DNA of 64,000 nt, from positions 62,001-126,000 of the forward strand of contig NW_021835997.1 in NCBI RefSeq assembly GCF_006345805.1. Direction: 5' to 3'. Position 1 is the first letter of the stretch; every line of letters starts with the position of its first letter. Both the position numbers and the translations under genes were made by a program. Shown here one piece after another: positions 1 through 13,589 of the stretch. Source of the stretch: Octopus sinensis (taxonomy: Eukaryota). The notes beneath the pieces are model-generated. The model worked only from the letters and a program-made list of their open reading frames with translations, was not told where the DNA came from and did no database searches.

Positions 1-300
1 CGCATTATTTTTTCTTTTCGAAAACATACTTTCGTCAACTTCTACGACATTTTCAATTCCACCTATGCAATCTAATAATGTAATATAATACCAATCAGTG
101 TGTTCGGACGATTTGCTAAATATGCAGCACATACCTCCAGCAGCGAGTGAGACCAATTACATATCGTTTGGCCACTCCATTCCAGTTGACGCCGACACCA
201 TAAAATGGTGTGTCTGTCGAAGCTCCACATATAAATAAAACGAATACAAGATTCGAAGGACACTTTTCGTGATTCATGAAATAGAAAAGTACCCTTTTAT
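1..300 (-). mobile_element. Merlin (IS1016/ISXO2-like) transposase fragment, runs off the window start
   Basis: Removing a 29-nt GT-AG intron (63-91) gives ...LANRPNTLIG|GIENVVEVDESMFSKRKNNA, the Merlin GG...VEIDESKFGKRKYNRG motif. A near-identical inverted copy lies at 44930-45308. Confidence 0.85.
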
Positions 301-728
301 GTATTAAAATTGGTATTTAAAGGCAGCTGAGTAGTCGAGAATCTGTTGGTAACTCTCTTGTTCTCTAGTTTGACTTCAAGCGGCTGCCTGCGCGAGTAGC
401 TCCGTTTGGGTTTGAGAAATTACGCCGTCATGGATATCTCTTCACATACAGATTTCAAACATGATAAAATGTCACGAGTTTCCTACTAGCCAACAGTTGC
501 ACTCCAACAGAAATAAAACTTTAGCCACCCACGGTTCTCGGATTTGCGATGTTCTTGTTGGAAAATTAAATATTTTTCAAATTAGTCACAAAATTTTAAA
601 GAACCAAAAATTGCAAATTTTCGAGAGTCAAGGTTTTTTAATAATTATTGAAAATAATTTTGTAAAATTTGGTGACAAAGGTTATTTAAAATATATCAAC
701 AAGACTATTTATTTAAAAAAATTGAAAA

Positions 729-2402
729 ATGTTCGACTCGCCTGAGAGCTCACTTCAGACAGGAAATAAACTAAAGAAAGAACTGTCACTGTTCAACTCG
801 GTGTCCCTGCTTGTTGGAAGTATCATTGGATCAGGAATTTTCATAAGCTCAGCATCAATTCTACGGCAAACAAACAGCATTGGGTTATCTTTGATTATAT
901 GGGTCAACGCTGGTCTGATTTCGTTGTTTGGCTCCTTTTGCTATGTGGAATTAGGGACCATGATCCCAAGCTCAGGGGGTGACTACATATACATCATGAA
1001 AGCCTTCGGGTCTTTTGCCAGTTTTTTGAGGATTTGGATTGAGTTAATGGTAATCCGACCCGCCACGAATGCGGTCGTATCACTGACATTTGCCGTTTAT
1101 TTATTAAAGCCAATTTATTCGGGGTGTCCCCCTAACCAGCCCGCCGTAATTCTCCTAGCCAATTGTTGCATATGTACATTTGGTGTTAATATGTACAGTT
1201 ATTGTGGCAGTCATCAACTGTTTGAGTATCAAGGCCTCTACTGTGCTTCAAAATATTTTCAGCGGAATCAAGATTGCTGTCATTTTTATCATAATATCCG
1301 CAGGAATATATAAACTAGCATCTGGTGCTTTTTAACCGTCACTTTTAGGGAGTTTGGACACGTTGGCGTCGGGTTTTCAAGGAAGCACCAGCAACATAGG
1401 ACAGATTGCAGTGGCCCATTATGGAGGGCTATTTGCATATTATGGCTGGTAATTCATTTTTTGCATTCTTAGGCAATACTTGAACACTGTTTCCGAGGAA
1501 ATGAAAAATTTAAAAAAGAAGGAATTATTTTTACATTTTTTAGGGATATGCCCAAGAGCATTCTTTTTTCTATCCTGTTTTGCATGATTGTCTATACTCT
1601 CTGTGTTTGTTCTTACTATGCTGTGCTTACCAAATCCGAAGCAATCAACGCAGATGCAATCGGACTGGTGCAATTCAAGTAACAATTCTAGTCGTTCGGC
1701 AATAAATTTCACCATTATTTTGGCTACTTCATTTCCATCGGAGTCGCCTGCTCAACCATCGGAGCTCTCAACGGGAACATGTTCACTTTTTCGAGGTATT
1801 CTATTGCCATTTAGTCAGAGAATGTTTTTCATCGCCGCTCGTCATGGACACATGCCTGGTATTGTCAACGTGGTCAATATTCGGTTCAATACTCCGATCG
1901 TCGCAGTAGTCCTTGCTGTAAGGATCGGAATCAGTTTTAGGCAATCATTTCAATGTTGTATACGTTTTATAACGACATTGTCTTCTTGCTAAACTATTGT
2001 GGAGTTATGTCCTGGCTTGCCATTGATGCCACAGTTGTCGCTCTGCTATATTTGCGTTACAAATCTCCCAATTTGCCGAGACCCATTAAAGTTTGAGAGA
2101 AAGTATTTTATGCAGGTTAATCTGGTCTTACCGATTACTTTCATAATCATCGTCACTTTACTTATCATTGGCTCCATCTTAGCTGCCCCAACCGAGGCAG
2201 GTTTAGTATTTTTTATTCATCAAGAGGAATCGGTTTTTTGATCACACTTTCTGCCATTCCAGTTTACTTCGTCGGAACTCAAATACACAAATTAAAAAGG
2301 ATTTATCAATTCATAAGTAAAGACCCAAACTTAAATATTTCAGATAGAATACAAGCTTCCATTGCGCTTCTTACCCAATCGGTGGAAGAAAATAATGATT
2401 GA
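729..2402 (+). CDS. SLC7/LAT-family (APC superfamily) amino acid transporter with about 10 micro-introns
   Basis: Motifs IIGSGIF, CYVELGTMIPSSGGDY, GLFAYYGWQYLN..EEMKN, ARHGHMP, LPRPIKV, SAIPVYF. The frame is restored by introns 1174-1198, 1325-1348, 1449-1472, 1518(or 1521)-1543, 1668-1691, 1796-1820, 1918-1940, 2091-2115, 2201-2226 and probably 2317-2343. TGA at 2400-2402. Confidence 0.92.
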
Positions 2403-2829
2403 CACGAATATCTTTCTTAATGAATTTTAAATAACATTTTTGAATTTTTGAACTCAAACCCAATTTGAAAATATTTTTAGGTCAAAGTTAAAGATATTAT
2501 CAAATTTTTTATTTTTCACGATCTATCTGATAAAGAGTTAGACTTTTCAAACTTCATAGATTTGGCATCATTCTAAAACTTAAACTAATTTGTTTGTTCG
2601 GCCCTAAAGATGATATAGGCGGAAGATGTAGAAATTCGTTTATTTATGTTCTTTTTATGTCAAAATTACAGATTGAGCGGAAACTATTTTTTAATCAAAT
2701 TTAAAATTAAATAAGTAGGCACTAAAGCTGTAAACAAGAAAGTCTCCATGGGATGTATTTTTGTTGTTTATTAAAAAAGAACCACCAAAAGTATTAATTA
2801 GTTATTAAGAGCACTTCCAAGAAAACATA

Positions 2830-3215
2830 AAGTTATTTAAGTTTCTCTTTTGTCGTGTTCCGAGCTTTCACTCCGTTTGTCTTGACCAGGATTTTCTGTT
2901 GCGTGCAATCTCTTTGAGGTTGTCCAGGTCGTCCGCAGATCCTTATTTAAGATGGTCGAAAGCGTCGTTCTTGTTCTTCGACGGAATCCAGACTTTTTTT
3001 GCGCGAAGAAATACTCCATTGTAATCTTTGCTGCAACCAGCTCGTTTAAACATCTTGATCTGAAGACATCATCTCACAGGACACAAGATTTGCATTTGTT
3101 ATAAAGGTTTTTATTAGTTATTTTCCAAGGCCAATTGATTTTGATTAACGATTTTGGCTGTGTTCTGTGAAAAGAATCAAGACGGTTCATTTCGTGTTTA
3201 GAGATTTCAAAAAAT
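2830..3215 (-). mobile_element. 3' fragment of an RTE-like non-LTR retrotransposon
   Basis: Broken frames read INWPWKITNKNLY...GFRRRTRTTLSTILNKDL...DDLDNLKEIARNRKSW, a typical post-RT C-terminus. Related to 54080-54590. Confidence 0.6.
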
Positions 3216-3335
3216 ATATTGAATAAAATAATCATTGAATAAGATCTAAACCGAAAATCTTTGCTTCGATTTTTCCAAGTTACAATTCTCAGAAATTCAA
3301 AAAACATATAAAAAATTATTCTTAATATCAATTTT

Positions 3336-3541
3336 TAACAATCTCGTATTCGAATTAGTATCTGGTTCCTCTTCAAATTAAGGATGGTTTATTCTCTATG
3401 AGTAATCAAACAAGAAATTGAAGATTATGTTTTGAGTTATCAAACAAACTTGTTTAACAAATCTAACAATCTCGTATTCGAATTATTATCTGGTTTTTCT
3501 TCAAATTAATCATGGTTTATTCTCTATGAATAATCAAACAA
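3336..3541. repeat. Imperfect 78-bp direct repeat
   Basis: taacaatctcgtattcgaatta...aatcaaacaa occurs at 3336-3413 and 3464-3541. Confidence 0.85.
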
Positions 3542-4759
3542 TTCAATACTTCGCTTCGGGCTTTTTTTAGATCCAACACTTTTTGATGTCTTAAAATATC
3601 TTCAAATTTTCAGTTTTTTATTAAGTTTTGGCCTCAGAAAATAAACTTTGATATATATTGGATCAAATTCTGAAATACATTTTTGCTGGCTTTTAGTACC
3701 AATTGGCATTAATTTAAGGAGAATATTCCGAGAAACCAGTCTTCCAAGTTTAGGAATATTTATTTATTCTTAAACAATAGTATTGCTTATAATTTTACAT
3801 CTAATTTCTCTGATAAATAACGCAGATTATAATCTCTGAATTATGAGTTTCGTTTGCATCAAAATATTTGGAGATTGTATTTTCGGAATCCACCTTCAAC
3901 TTATGGGTTTCGCTCATATTTGAGCATAGCATAATTGAGTTTTTGAAATTGGCATCTGAAATGGGGTAGTTGAACTTTATTACCTTAATGTTTCAGTTTC
4001 AAAGTCAAACTTTCACTTAGTCACTTCAGGTGAACTATAAAACTTCCCAAATGTATCTAAATCAGTTTGACAGAAGCCTAAAAGTCCCACAGAAAGATAA
4101 AAAAACAGTAAAACATCTAAAAGACTAATATTTGTGTAATTTAGTTCTTGTTGTTGTGTATGGATAATCAAGAAAAATATGATATTAATGATATAAAAAA
4201 AATTATTTAAATATAAAGAATTTTTCGCCATAAATAATGCAGAACCATTGTTCAATGCCATCATGAACATCCTTGACAACTGTACAATATCAAACACACA
4301 ATTTAAAAGGTAATATAATTACACAACAAACAAAAAGAACAAAAAGCTCAAAAAATATAACGCCATTCTAATCGATTTCGACTTCCCAGATATCCTCACT
4401 TGCCAGCAGTCTAAGATCGACCATAAGAGAGTTCAGATTATGAATTAGACGAATTAATGTAACAAAAATCCTGTCAATCCCACTAGAGAACTATGCGATG
4501 AAATGCAGAGTAATTTAAAGCTCAAATTTGACGCTTTTCAATACAAAAAATTTATTCGAGAGTAAAATAAATTACACTATCTCAGAAAACAGTTACAAAT
4601 AACAGCAACTTTGACTCAAAAAAGTGATTGTAAAGTCATTATCAACATATTAGAATCTTCCTGGACCCTTTACCATTACAAATTGTAAAAGCATTAATGA
4701 ATCTCTTTTATTACAGTCTACGATGTTAAGAATAATTTTTTATTTTTCTAATATTTTAG

Positions 4760-6140
4760 AAAAGTCGGTAGATGGATGTTGTCAGTCCAGATACGACTCG
4801 ACATGCTTTGTTTGAAAATAAAAGCAAACTTCTGACTTCATTGAGCGCGTCAACGGACTTCTCCCGGTCCTCGCAGAAGTGCCAGGCATTTACGCCATAG
4901 GTCAACACGGATAACACCATGGGGTTAAACATGCGTAGCGAGTTACCTCTCCACAGCCGGAAAGTTTCCAACGCGCCTAGTAAGTGCATTGCAGGAATTT
5001 GGTACGTGCAATGTGATCATCGAACCTACTGGACGGCTTGAAGCGCACTCCAAAATAAGTCATTCGATCAATTGCAGCGATTGCTGACCCGTTCAGCAAT
5101 AACCTAGGGACTAATTAGTGTAAACCTTTGTTCTTCTACAAACTTTGAGGACACTGCAATTGTCCGCACGCATCTTAAGACCTCTACTTCCACACCAGTT
5201 TACGAGTCCATCCACAGCAACATGTAGCCTACGACAAGCACACTCAGATTTCATGGAGTGATCACAGAAGATGATGTCTACATAGATCACCATATCAGTA
5301 CGAGCATTGACTGGCATGGGCGCAGAAGCCATAAAGCAGTTGCAGCACAAACGATTTTCCCTGAAGCCCCATTGGAACTTAGGGAGGGAATCCACCACCG
5401 TCAGCTCCTCCAGGAGCTTTCGGTGCATAATCCTATCTAAAATTTTAGATACAGCGAGAAGCAAGGAAATCGGCCTGTATCCCGGGGGGACATTATGAGG
5501 CATCCCGGGTTTTCCGATAAGGATTACCTCAGTTACTTTCCACCAAGAGGGAATCATCCCAAGTCGCAAGCTCCTGCAAGCTAAACAAGAGCTGTAAGGT
5601 GGTGATCGGGGCCTTCTTGAAGATGGCCATAAGGATTCGATCCAGATCCGCCGCGGTGTTTTTACTTCTGGAGATCGCTGCAAGAATCTCCGCTTCAGAA
5701 ATTGCAGGCCATGAAATTCTCCAGGTTGGCCCAAAAACCCGATTGGAGGTCAAAGTATCCCAGAACCCTTTGAGAAACTGGTTCACGGAGTTCGTGTAAT
5801 TGAGGCAGATGGTCACTCCCAATATCGGGCAATAAAATTGTTTTACTAACCCAATTTAGCATTCCAAAGCTGACCAGAACAAGCCCTAGCTAGTCTCGTC
5901 CTCCTCGCGAATCGATGTGGTTTGGCTCACTTGAAGATCTGACTTCCAGCCCGAGGTTCTTCAACCAGCGAATTCAGAGCCAAACCATGCGCGTTGGTTA
6001 CCCTGAAACAAAGGTCTAGGTGCGTTAGCATTCAGGTCCCCAAAAACCATTGCCTTCGAATGCTTTCCAAAGAACTACTGGACTGTACCAGAGGGTATCG
6101 ATAGCAAACTTGCGAGGTAACTGCGGCAATTGGAGAATCT
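4760..6140 (-). mobile_element. Degenerate APE-RT LINE (Jockey/CR1-like)
   Basis: RT motifs WKVTEVILIGKPG...YRPISLLLAVSKILDRI and QWGFR; AP-endonuclease-like MVFGDLNA near 6040. Multiple frameshifts and deletions. Confidence 0.8.
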
Positions 6141-6563
6141 TAATTTCCAATATCAATGTTCACTAATATTAGAGAAATGTCTCTTTTTTACAAAAAAAAA
6201 TAACGATTAGCATTAAATTTGTTGCTTTTTTCAGTGGATATTACATGGAGAGGTCGAAATGGCGACGAATTATTCACTGGAAGTTTGATCAGGACGGAGA
6301 TGAGGTTATGGACGCTTATTCTATCCACGACGATGAAGCCATCAATGCTATGTTAATGCGGTCATGGACTGGACTCCCAGCGTGAACAAATGGACAAACG
6401 TGACAATATTCCTTCAAGAGTAATCACCGAGGATGAACTCCCCCTTTGGCTTGTTCATTCGTCTTATGAAAAAGTGAACTCGCCAATTTGGGAACATTCT
6501 TTCACACTGGAGATTTGACTGACCAGGTTGTATTTTTTGAAAGCCACATTCAGGTTGTCAATC

Positions 6564-6990
6564 ATGTTTATTTGTTTTTGTATAAAATTGTGTATGAATT
6601 TTGAAAATTGAAAATTTTTTTTGTTATAATTAATGTTGTATTTTGTAAATATTTTGATATTTTGTATTTCTGTTTCAAAGATCGACCAATCCACTCACAG
6701 TCTGTCCATTTTTTCCCTGTCATATAATGTCGCTCCTCAAAAAGGAAATTATTTTGAGACATATCTCAGGTAATTTGGATATTTCATGTTTATTTGTTTT
6801 TGTATAAAATTATGTATTAATTTTGAAAATTGTTTTGTTATAATTAATATTGTATTTAGTAAATATTTTGATATTTTGTATTTCTGGTTCAAAGATCGAC
6901 CATTCTCAGTCTGTCCATTCTTTTACTGTCATTCAATGTCGCGGCTCAAAAGGGATATTATTTTGGAACATATCTCAGGTAATTTTGATA
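6564..6990. repeat. Diverged tandem duplication, unit about 222 bp
   Basis: atgtttatttgtttttgtataaaatt...catatctcaggtaattt starts at both 6564 and 6786. Confidence 0.85.
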
Positions 6991-7449
6991 TTTTATTTAA
7001 AATGCGTTTATATATTAATTCTAAACTGGAAATCGATAAACGCTGTTAGCCTAAATTAAATTAGTTTTAATTACTTCCTGTTGTTTGTGCTAAAGAGGAA
7101 GCCTGCGAGTATGCTCATTAAACACAAACAAGGAATGTAGGTAGACGACGAAAAGTACGCCTCTGTCGCTAATCAAGTCAGAGCTGCAATGCTGAGAAGA
7201 CATACAGCTGAACAAAAACCTTAACACAGTAATGGAAAAGCAAAGGAAGTTTATGGCAAACTTTTCTTTCAAAGAAGGGAGGGAAATCACTGACGATCTG
7301 GACTTAATTAGATAATTTAGTTGACCATAGTTAATCGATTCCAATTAAATACTTTGGAATTACTTCCTGTTTATATCTAATCTATAAACATTCGAAAAAG
7401 AAATTTCGTAATTGGTGATTTGGTTTAAATCGAAAAAAAATTATATTGA

Positions 7450-8680
7450 ACCTTAATAAATGAATAAAGTGAATTTTATGTGTTCCTGGTGTTTTTTGGC
7501 AAAAACTTTGTTCCGAGAAGAAATAAAAGGCTTGAATCATATGACGCTGTTGAAAATGCTAAAGAATTCTCAAACAGAATCTATTAGGTCTTTGATCGTT
7601 TTGTGGAATGTAAGGTATTCAATCCTTTTTCACTAAGAAAAGAAGACGTGCTGGTCGTTTTTTCAGCCTTCTGTTTGAGGGTAATCGATCAGATTTCCTA
7701 TGTTCCTCGTTTGATATTTTCGCATGAAAACTGATTAGCCTATTTATGTTCTTTTGAATATATTCTTCGGAAATGCAGTTTCATCACCTTTGCCATGTGC
7801 CAAATAGCTTTTGAAATTTGAGTATAGCCGTTGATTTTGCTTTCAGAATTATTTCCGTAAAATAGCTGATAACCTTGTTTAAAGAGCTGGAGCTATCAAA
7901 ATAAAAATTTTTTAGTTTCGATTTCAAGATTTCTTGGAACCGTAGCCAGTTCGAGCATTTTAATTTTATCCATTGACATCCTTTTGATCTTCACCACGAT
8001 TGGATTATGGTCTCTTCTTGTTTTGTAAAAAACTGACCAATCAGCAATAGATGAAAGAGATGAAGAGCAAAGTGTTATATTCGGCGACGTAGGCTTATCC
8101 GTCGCTCTGAGGGGGTTTTGTGTTTCTCGATGAATCATTCAGTGATGTTAGACTCCCTTTGAGATAGTAAAAGTTTTCATTTCATATCAGCCGACTGGGT
8201 TAACAGCCATAAGAGATGCTTGATGACTTTATCGATGCATGCCAGTTTAGAGAAATTTGGCTTCTCGGACACGAGCCAGAGAGTGAAATATACACATTGA
8301 CCATCCATAGTCTTCCCTTTGTTGTACCACTCGAGATTCCAATTATTTTGGAAACCTCATCAGTTTCAATAAGATTCCTTACTTCCGAAGGGATGTCTGT
8401 ATATTTCAAGTTGTTTTTGATTCTGCTCTTTTGCCTTTTTTCGCTTTCCAGTTCACCCTGATAGCCTTGTAACCGGGAAATGTGGCCGTAGAATCATTAA
8501 AGAATAATTTAGTCTTTTTTATCATAGCCGCGTTTCTTTTCATGTTTGTCGGTAGTGAGCACAGTTCTCTGATTTTTCTCATAATACTATTAATGTTAAG
8601 CCAGAGAACAATAAAGTGTTTTCCACTTCTTTCGAAAATTTGTTTATAGCGAAATGATATAGATTTTCGCAAAGTGTGTT
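7450..8680 (-). mobile_element. Possible highly degenerate LINE (APE/RT remnants)
   Basis: RDHNPIVVKI resembles the SDH.P end of an AP endonuclease. Weak RT-like residues downstream; no continuous frame. Confidence 0.3.
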
Positions 8681-8802
8681 TTTTCGTCGATACATTTAGC
8701 TTGATTTCAGATAATCAAATTAGGACAAGCAGGAGATTACCCTGATGGCCCCAGTCGACGAGGAAATAGGAACATCGTGGAACATAAGGATTCTTGAGTT
8801 GT

Positions 8803-9720
8803 CTATGACAGATGCACGAGAGGGTATGCGAAAGGAACCATTTCGCGGTAGCACATTAGTAAGTGATTACGTCTGATAGAATTGAAGGCGTTCAAAACGT
8901 CCAGCTTAACTATGATAAACGGCTCGAGAAATTCCATTAATTCCCGAATCAAATGAACAGCCCCTTTGCAGCAATTTGCAATGGTAAAAACTTTGTGAAA
9001 AAACAGGAAACAAAATAGCATGACAAATAGCAGAGGGCCTCCGGAAAATATTTCCTACGGCGATGGGTCTCACACCGTTGTTTTTTTTCAAGGGCAGTAA
9101 AGTTGGCAGAGAAGAATCAGGAAAACAGCCGGAGATAAAACGGTTACACAGGTCAATGATTGAGCGTAATAATCTCCGTCTAGCTTCAGCGGTAATGGGA
9201 GATGTCAGGTCTTTTACATGACCAGACCTCAAGCCATCTACTTCACCGCTGAAAAGTTCCTCAGGTCTTTCAGTACGAGAGCCGCAAAGACCACAAAGAG
9301 ATTGACAATTAGCATCACGCGCCATAAATGAAACACGTGCCTAAAGTGAAATGCTGTGACCTTGGATTTAACCCTGAATTGAGCTCTCGACAATTATCAA
9401 CTGAATATTAAAGATGATTTCGCACTTTAAGATAATATTATCGGAATGAGATTTGCCAACATTGTAAAGGATGATCTTGATTTTTTAATAAATAATGCAA
9501 TACCAGAAATAATGCAATACCAGAGGTCCACCATGTCAGTTGGAACTTCCAATCGGATATGGCAACGCTCAGGAGGCACTTAATGCCTACCGAAAAAGGA
9601 CTTCTAGATCTCTGACCCTGGGACATCGTCGTCTCAGGCCGTTCATGTGGGCAGGATCGAACCTTTCAGTAGGATCTCCCTCGCTTGAATCGGGGACCAC
9701 GGGGATTATAATAATTAACT
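8803..9720 (-). mobile_element. CRE-clade non-LTR retrotransposon fragment (pre-RT region and RT N-terminus)
   Basis: DGLRSGHVKDL, LKKNNGVRPIAVGNIFRR and KLDVLNAFNSIRR match the element at 24995-27395. Confidence 0.85.
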
Positions 9721-9949
9721 GGCTTACCCGTGTTTGGTCTTTAAATAAATAAATACCAGAAGATTTTTAAGACTAAAAAGATTTCGTTTTCTCAAAACAT
9801 GTAGAAATTTTGTAAATTCTAGAGGTAATATAAATCTAATGATAGGTGTGCTACATTATAGTTTCATTTTAATGTTCTTCAATTAATTCATTATTATTAA
9901 AATGAAAAATGTTGAACTATCATACTATATCATAAATGAGAATCTGACG

Positions 9950-10860
9950 GAAACAAAATATTGCTAATTGCCTCAAATGATTTTGAATCCATGAAACTGC
10001 AAAGGATTCATTCAATTTATCACTATGGATTTAATAAAATGAAAGAGTATTGCAAAAATAATTTTTGCATAACAATCGAAACATAATTAGGGATGTAATG
10101 TCACCGAAGTCAGCCCTTAAAGACAAAATATCCACTAGTCAACATAGTAGCCAAAGAACCTTGACAACGGTTCATTCAATAGTTTATTTTTAGCTATCAA
10201 GTTGATTTAGTCGATCTTTCGTTTTTTTCAGATATAAATGATTCCTATAAATATCTTATAAATGTCATGGATAGTTATTCAAAATTTTGCTTTGCCGAAA
10301 AAATGGAAAATAAAAAAGCAGTCACAGTTTCGGAATCATTGAAAACTATATTTCTTTCATATGGTCCACCAAAAATTCTGCAGTCTGACAACAGACCGGA
10401 ATTTGTTAATTCAGAAATAACGTCATTATGTGAAGAATTTCAAATAATTTATAAAAGAGGATGTCCAAGACATCCAGAATCACAGGGACAAGTGGAGCGT
10501 TGCAATCAAACCATTTGCAGATGGATTCAAAAAGAACTCACCAGAAAAACAGAAAAAATGGGTGGATGTTTTAGAAAAAATAGAATATCAGTACAATATT
10601 TCAATTCATTCTTCTATAAATATGTCACCGTTTATGGCTTTTTTCAGAACAAGAGGATACAACATTTCCTATTTTAATTATTATGAATTAACTGAAGAAC
10701 ATGAAAATGAAACTATCATTAATGACAAACATCTTGAAAGAATGTAAAAAAATTCTTTAAAAACATTAAAAGAAATTGCAATTGGAAATAATGTTTTGCT
10801 GAAAAAATAAAATAAAAGATCAAGATGGAAATAAAAAAAATAATATTTAAAACACAAGTT
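9950..10860 (+). mobile_element. Ginger-type (rve) integrase transposon remnant
   Basis: YQVDLVDL...MDSYSKF...GPPKILQSDNRPEF...RHPESQGQVERCN. Contains a 24-nt intron at 10170-10193, plus frameshifts and stops. Confidence 0.8.
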
Positions 10861-10861
10861 A

Positions 10862-11675
10862 AAAGGCAATCTTCGAAGGCCTGCTTCCTGTCTCCAATCA
10901 ACACCGTGTCGCTTGCCTCCGTGCAGGTCGCTGTGAAAGCAGCGGTGTCTGGTTAAAGGCTCTCCCTCTCCCTTCCATCGGGAACCTGTTGGACAAGGAA
11001 TGCCTAAGAATCGCAATCTCCCTCCGTGTCGGGCTGAAAATCTGCCAGTCGCACAAATGCCGTTGTGGGGGAACTGTTGACGAGTACGGTTTGCATCCCC
11101 TCGCTTGCCGGCGGAGTGCCGGTCGTGCCCCCCGTCACAGTGAACTCAACTCAGTCGTACAGAGAGCCCTCGCCTCAGCAGGCATCCCGTCTATCCTTGA
11201 ACCTGTTGGATTGGATAGAGGGGATGGCAAACGCCCTGACGGCATGTCCACCTTCCCCTACGAGCAGGGGAAATCCCTTATTTGGGATTCTACCTGCTCG
11301 GACACGTTCTCGCTGGGAAATCTCGCGCTGTCCGCCGCCAATCCTGGGCACGCTTCCAGGCAGGCCGAGGAGCGAAAGATTCTCAAGTACGGCCACCTGT
11401 CCAACTCGCTGCTCTTTACTCCAATTGCCTTGGAGTCCTCCGGGATCTTCGGTCCCAAGACACTCCGCTTCCTTCGCTCGCTCGGTCGACGGATTTCAAG
11501 GACTAGTCACGATCCAAGAGAGTTTTCTTGGCTCCTGGAACGTCTGTCGATTGCTGTGATCCGAGGGAACGTCTTCGCCATTCGCGCGGCTGGTCGGGTG
11601 TCTCGTGAGGCCTTTAACTAACTTAGCTATCTGTAATTTTTGTCTTGTTTTATTTCTTATTTTAAATAAAAAAAG
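10862..11675 (+). mobile_element. CRE-clade retrotransposon 3' end (CCHC knuckle and restriction-like endonuclease)
   Basis: CRCG..D.YGLHPLACRRSAGRAPRH...LEPVGLDRGDGKRPDG...WDSTC...ALESSG. Short AT-rich 3' UTR ending in an A-rich tract. Confidence 0.9.
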
Positions 11676-11794
11676 TTAAAAAATATAGACAGGTAAAATT
11701 TTAAATTAAAATATTTTTAGTTTTTTGGTAATTTTAAAATGGCTAACCATTATTTAAATAAATTGTTAATCTTTCAAACGATCATAAATTGTTA

Positions 11795-12330
11795 ATCTTT
11801 CCTGTCGAAAAAGCGCTGGTAGATTTCCGAGGCATTCAGCTCTCAACGACGTTATAAGAAGAGCTCTCGATTCAATCGGATTCCCATCAGTGCTGGAACC
11901 ACCTGGATTGGACCGAGGAGATGGAAAACGCCCAGACGGGATGACTATCTTTCCGTTTTTGGAAGGAAAGCCTCTCGTATGGGATTCAACATGTTCCGAC
12001 TCCTTATCCAAGACAAACATGTTGGAAAGTGCCTTCAATGCCGGCACAGCTGCGGATAAAGCAGAAGACATCAAGAAGAAGAAATATAATGGGCTCACCG
12101 ATCGTTACGTTTTCCGGCCGATTGCTGTCGAAACCCTGGGATCAATTGGGAAGGAGTCGTTGTGCTTCCTCAAGTGTATTGGACGTCTTAAGACCTTGAG
12201 AACACACAATCCTCTGGAGAAGAGATGGCTCCTCCAGAACGTGTCCCAAGCAATAGTGAGGGGAAACAGGATCGCCATCAGTTCTATTTCTTATCAAACA
12301 ATTTATAAATAAAGTTTCTTGAATAAAAAA
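11795..12330 (+). mobile_element. CRE-clade retrotransposon 3' end (different subfamily)
   Basis: SAGRFPRHSALN...LEPPGLDRGDGKRPDG...WDSTCSD...AVETLG...IVRGN. Confidence 0.9.
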
Positions 12331-13589
12331 AACGATCATAATAAAAAAATGATTTTTCGGTTTTATTCCTCGGGAGGCGGACTGGCTAATGCAACGGTTC
12401 TCGATCGCCATTATCCGGGGAAACAGTTTGGCAATCCGCCAGGCTACATATATGTCATAAACATAATACTAACTAAATTAATACTAATACTTTTCTCAAT
12501 TTTATTCATGTTTTCATCAAAGGATTTATTTTAGAGGTTTTTTGTCGTTTTCTCAAGGTTACAGCGTTTCACTTTAGGCACGCGTTTCATCCATTGCGCG
12601 CGACAATAATTGACGTTAGTTAACTAAAATTCGTCATTTTGCTGAATAAGTCATTTAGGTATTTCTTATATATATTGTTCCCAATTAATTTTAAAAAATG
12701 GACTCTCATCACATACGGACTCGTATGGAATGGATCTCCGGTTGGGATGTTGCGCTTTCTAGTCTTATTCAACTACACGTCAATAAAAAGATACTATAAG
12801 ACAAAAGTAATTAATAGACTTTCTAACTCGGAATTAATTAAAAATAATTAACTTTTTTCTTCTCTCATGATCTTAAAAAATTGTGTGCCTGGCGCAAGTA
12901 AAGACTCAAATATATACGTACTTCTGCCTTCATTGTGTTTGATCAGTGAACTTAGTTCACCTTATTGACACTATAATTGGGGTTAGCACTAAAAGAGACA
13001 CTTTGGTGGCTTGTTTTTATCTCCAAGTTAACGATTTTTCCTTATTCTTTGGGTTTTGATTTTTTGTGCAAAAAAAACAATTCTATATTATTAGACTTTT
13101 TATGTCGCGAGTCGAGAGTGAAATCATGAGAGCCGTCATAAGTTGCCATAAAATAATAATCCACATTAAAATAATTACGTTATCCTAATGTCACATGTTT
13201 GTTGGATGTTTGTTGAAGAACTTACTGGAAATCATCCTTGAAGCGCAAGACGTGGATGATTCGATAATTAGAAAGTTTCGACTAAAAAAGAAAGCTTAAA
13301 ACTGCATTCTTAAACTGCATGAATTTTAATCAGAAAATAGAAATTTTATCTTATAAAGAGGGGAATCCTTATTTTTCGTGTCAGCATTAGCCGAAAGACT
13401 TTCTTTATTTCTTTAAAACAATTAACAACATTCTTTTGAAAAAGATTCTCTTCTCAAAGATAGCAAGATACACAATCTAGCTTCAAAAAACGATCAAATC
13501 TTAAGTTTCCTGAACTTGATGCAAAATTTGTTTAATAGATAAATTTGATTGAGTTTAGAGGTATTTTATCTAGGGTCTAATATTTAGGC

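Noticed and set aside
321-389. Hairpin closed by aggcagc/gctgcct, a candidate small RNA
   Set aside because: Only a 7-bp closing stem, with no recognisable snRNA, tRNA, vault or Y RNA motifs.
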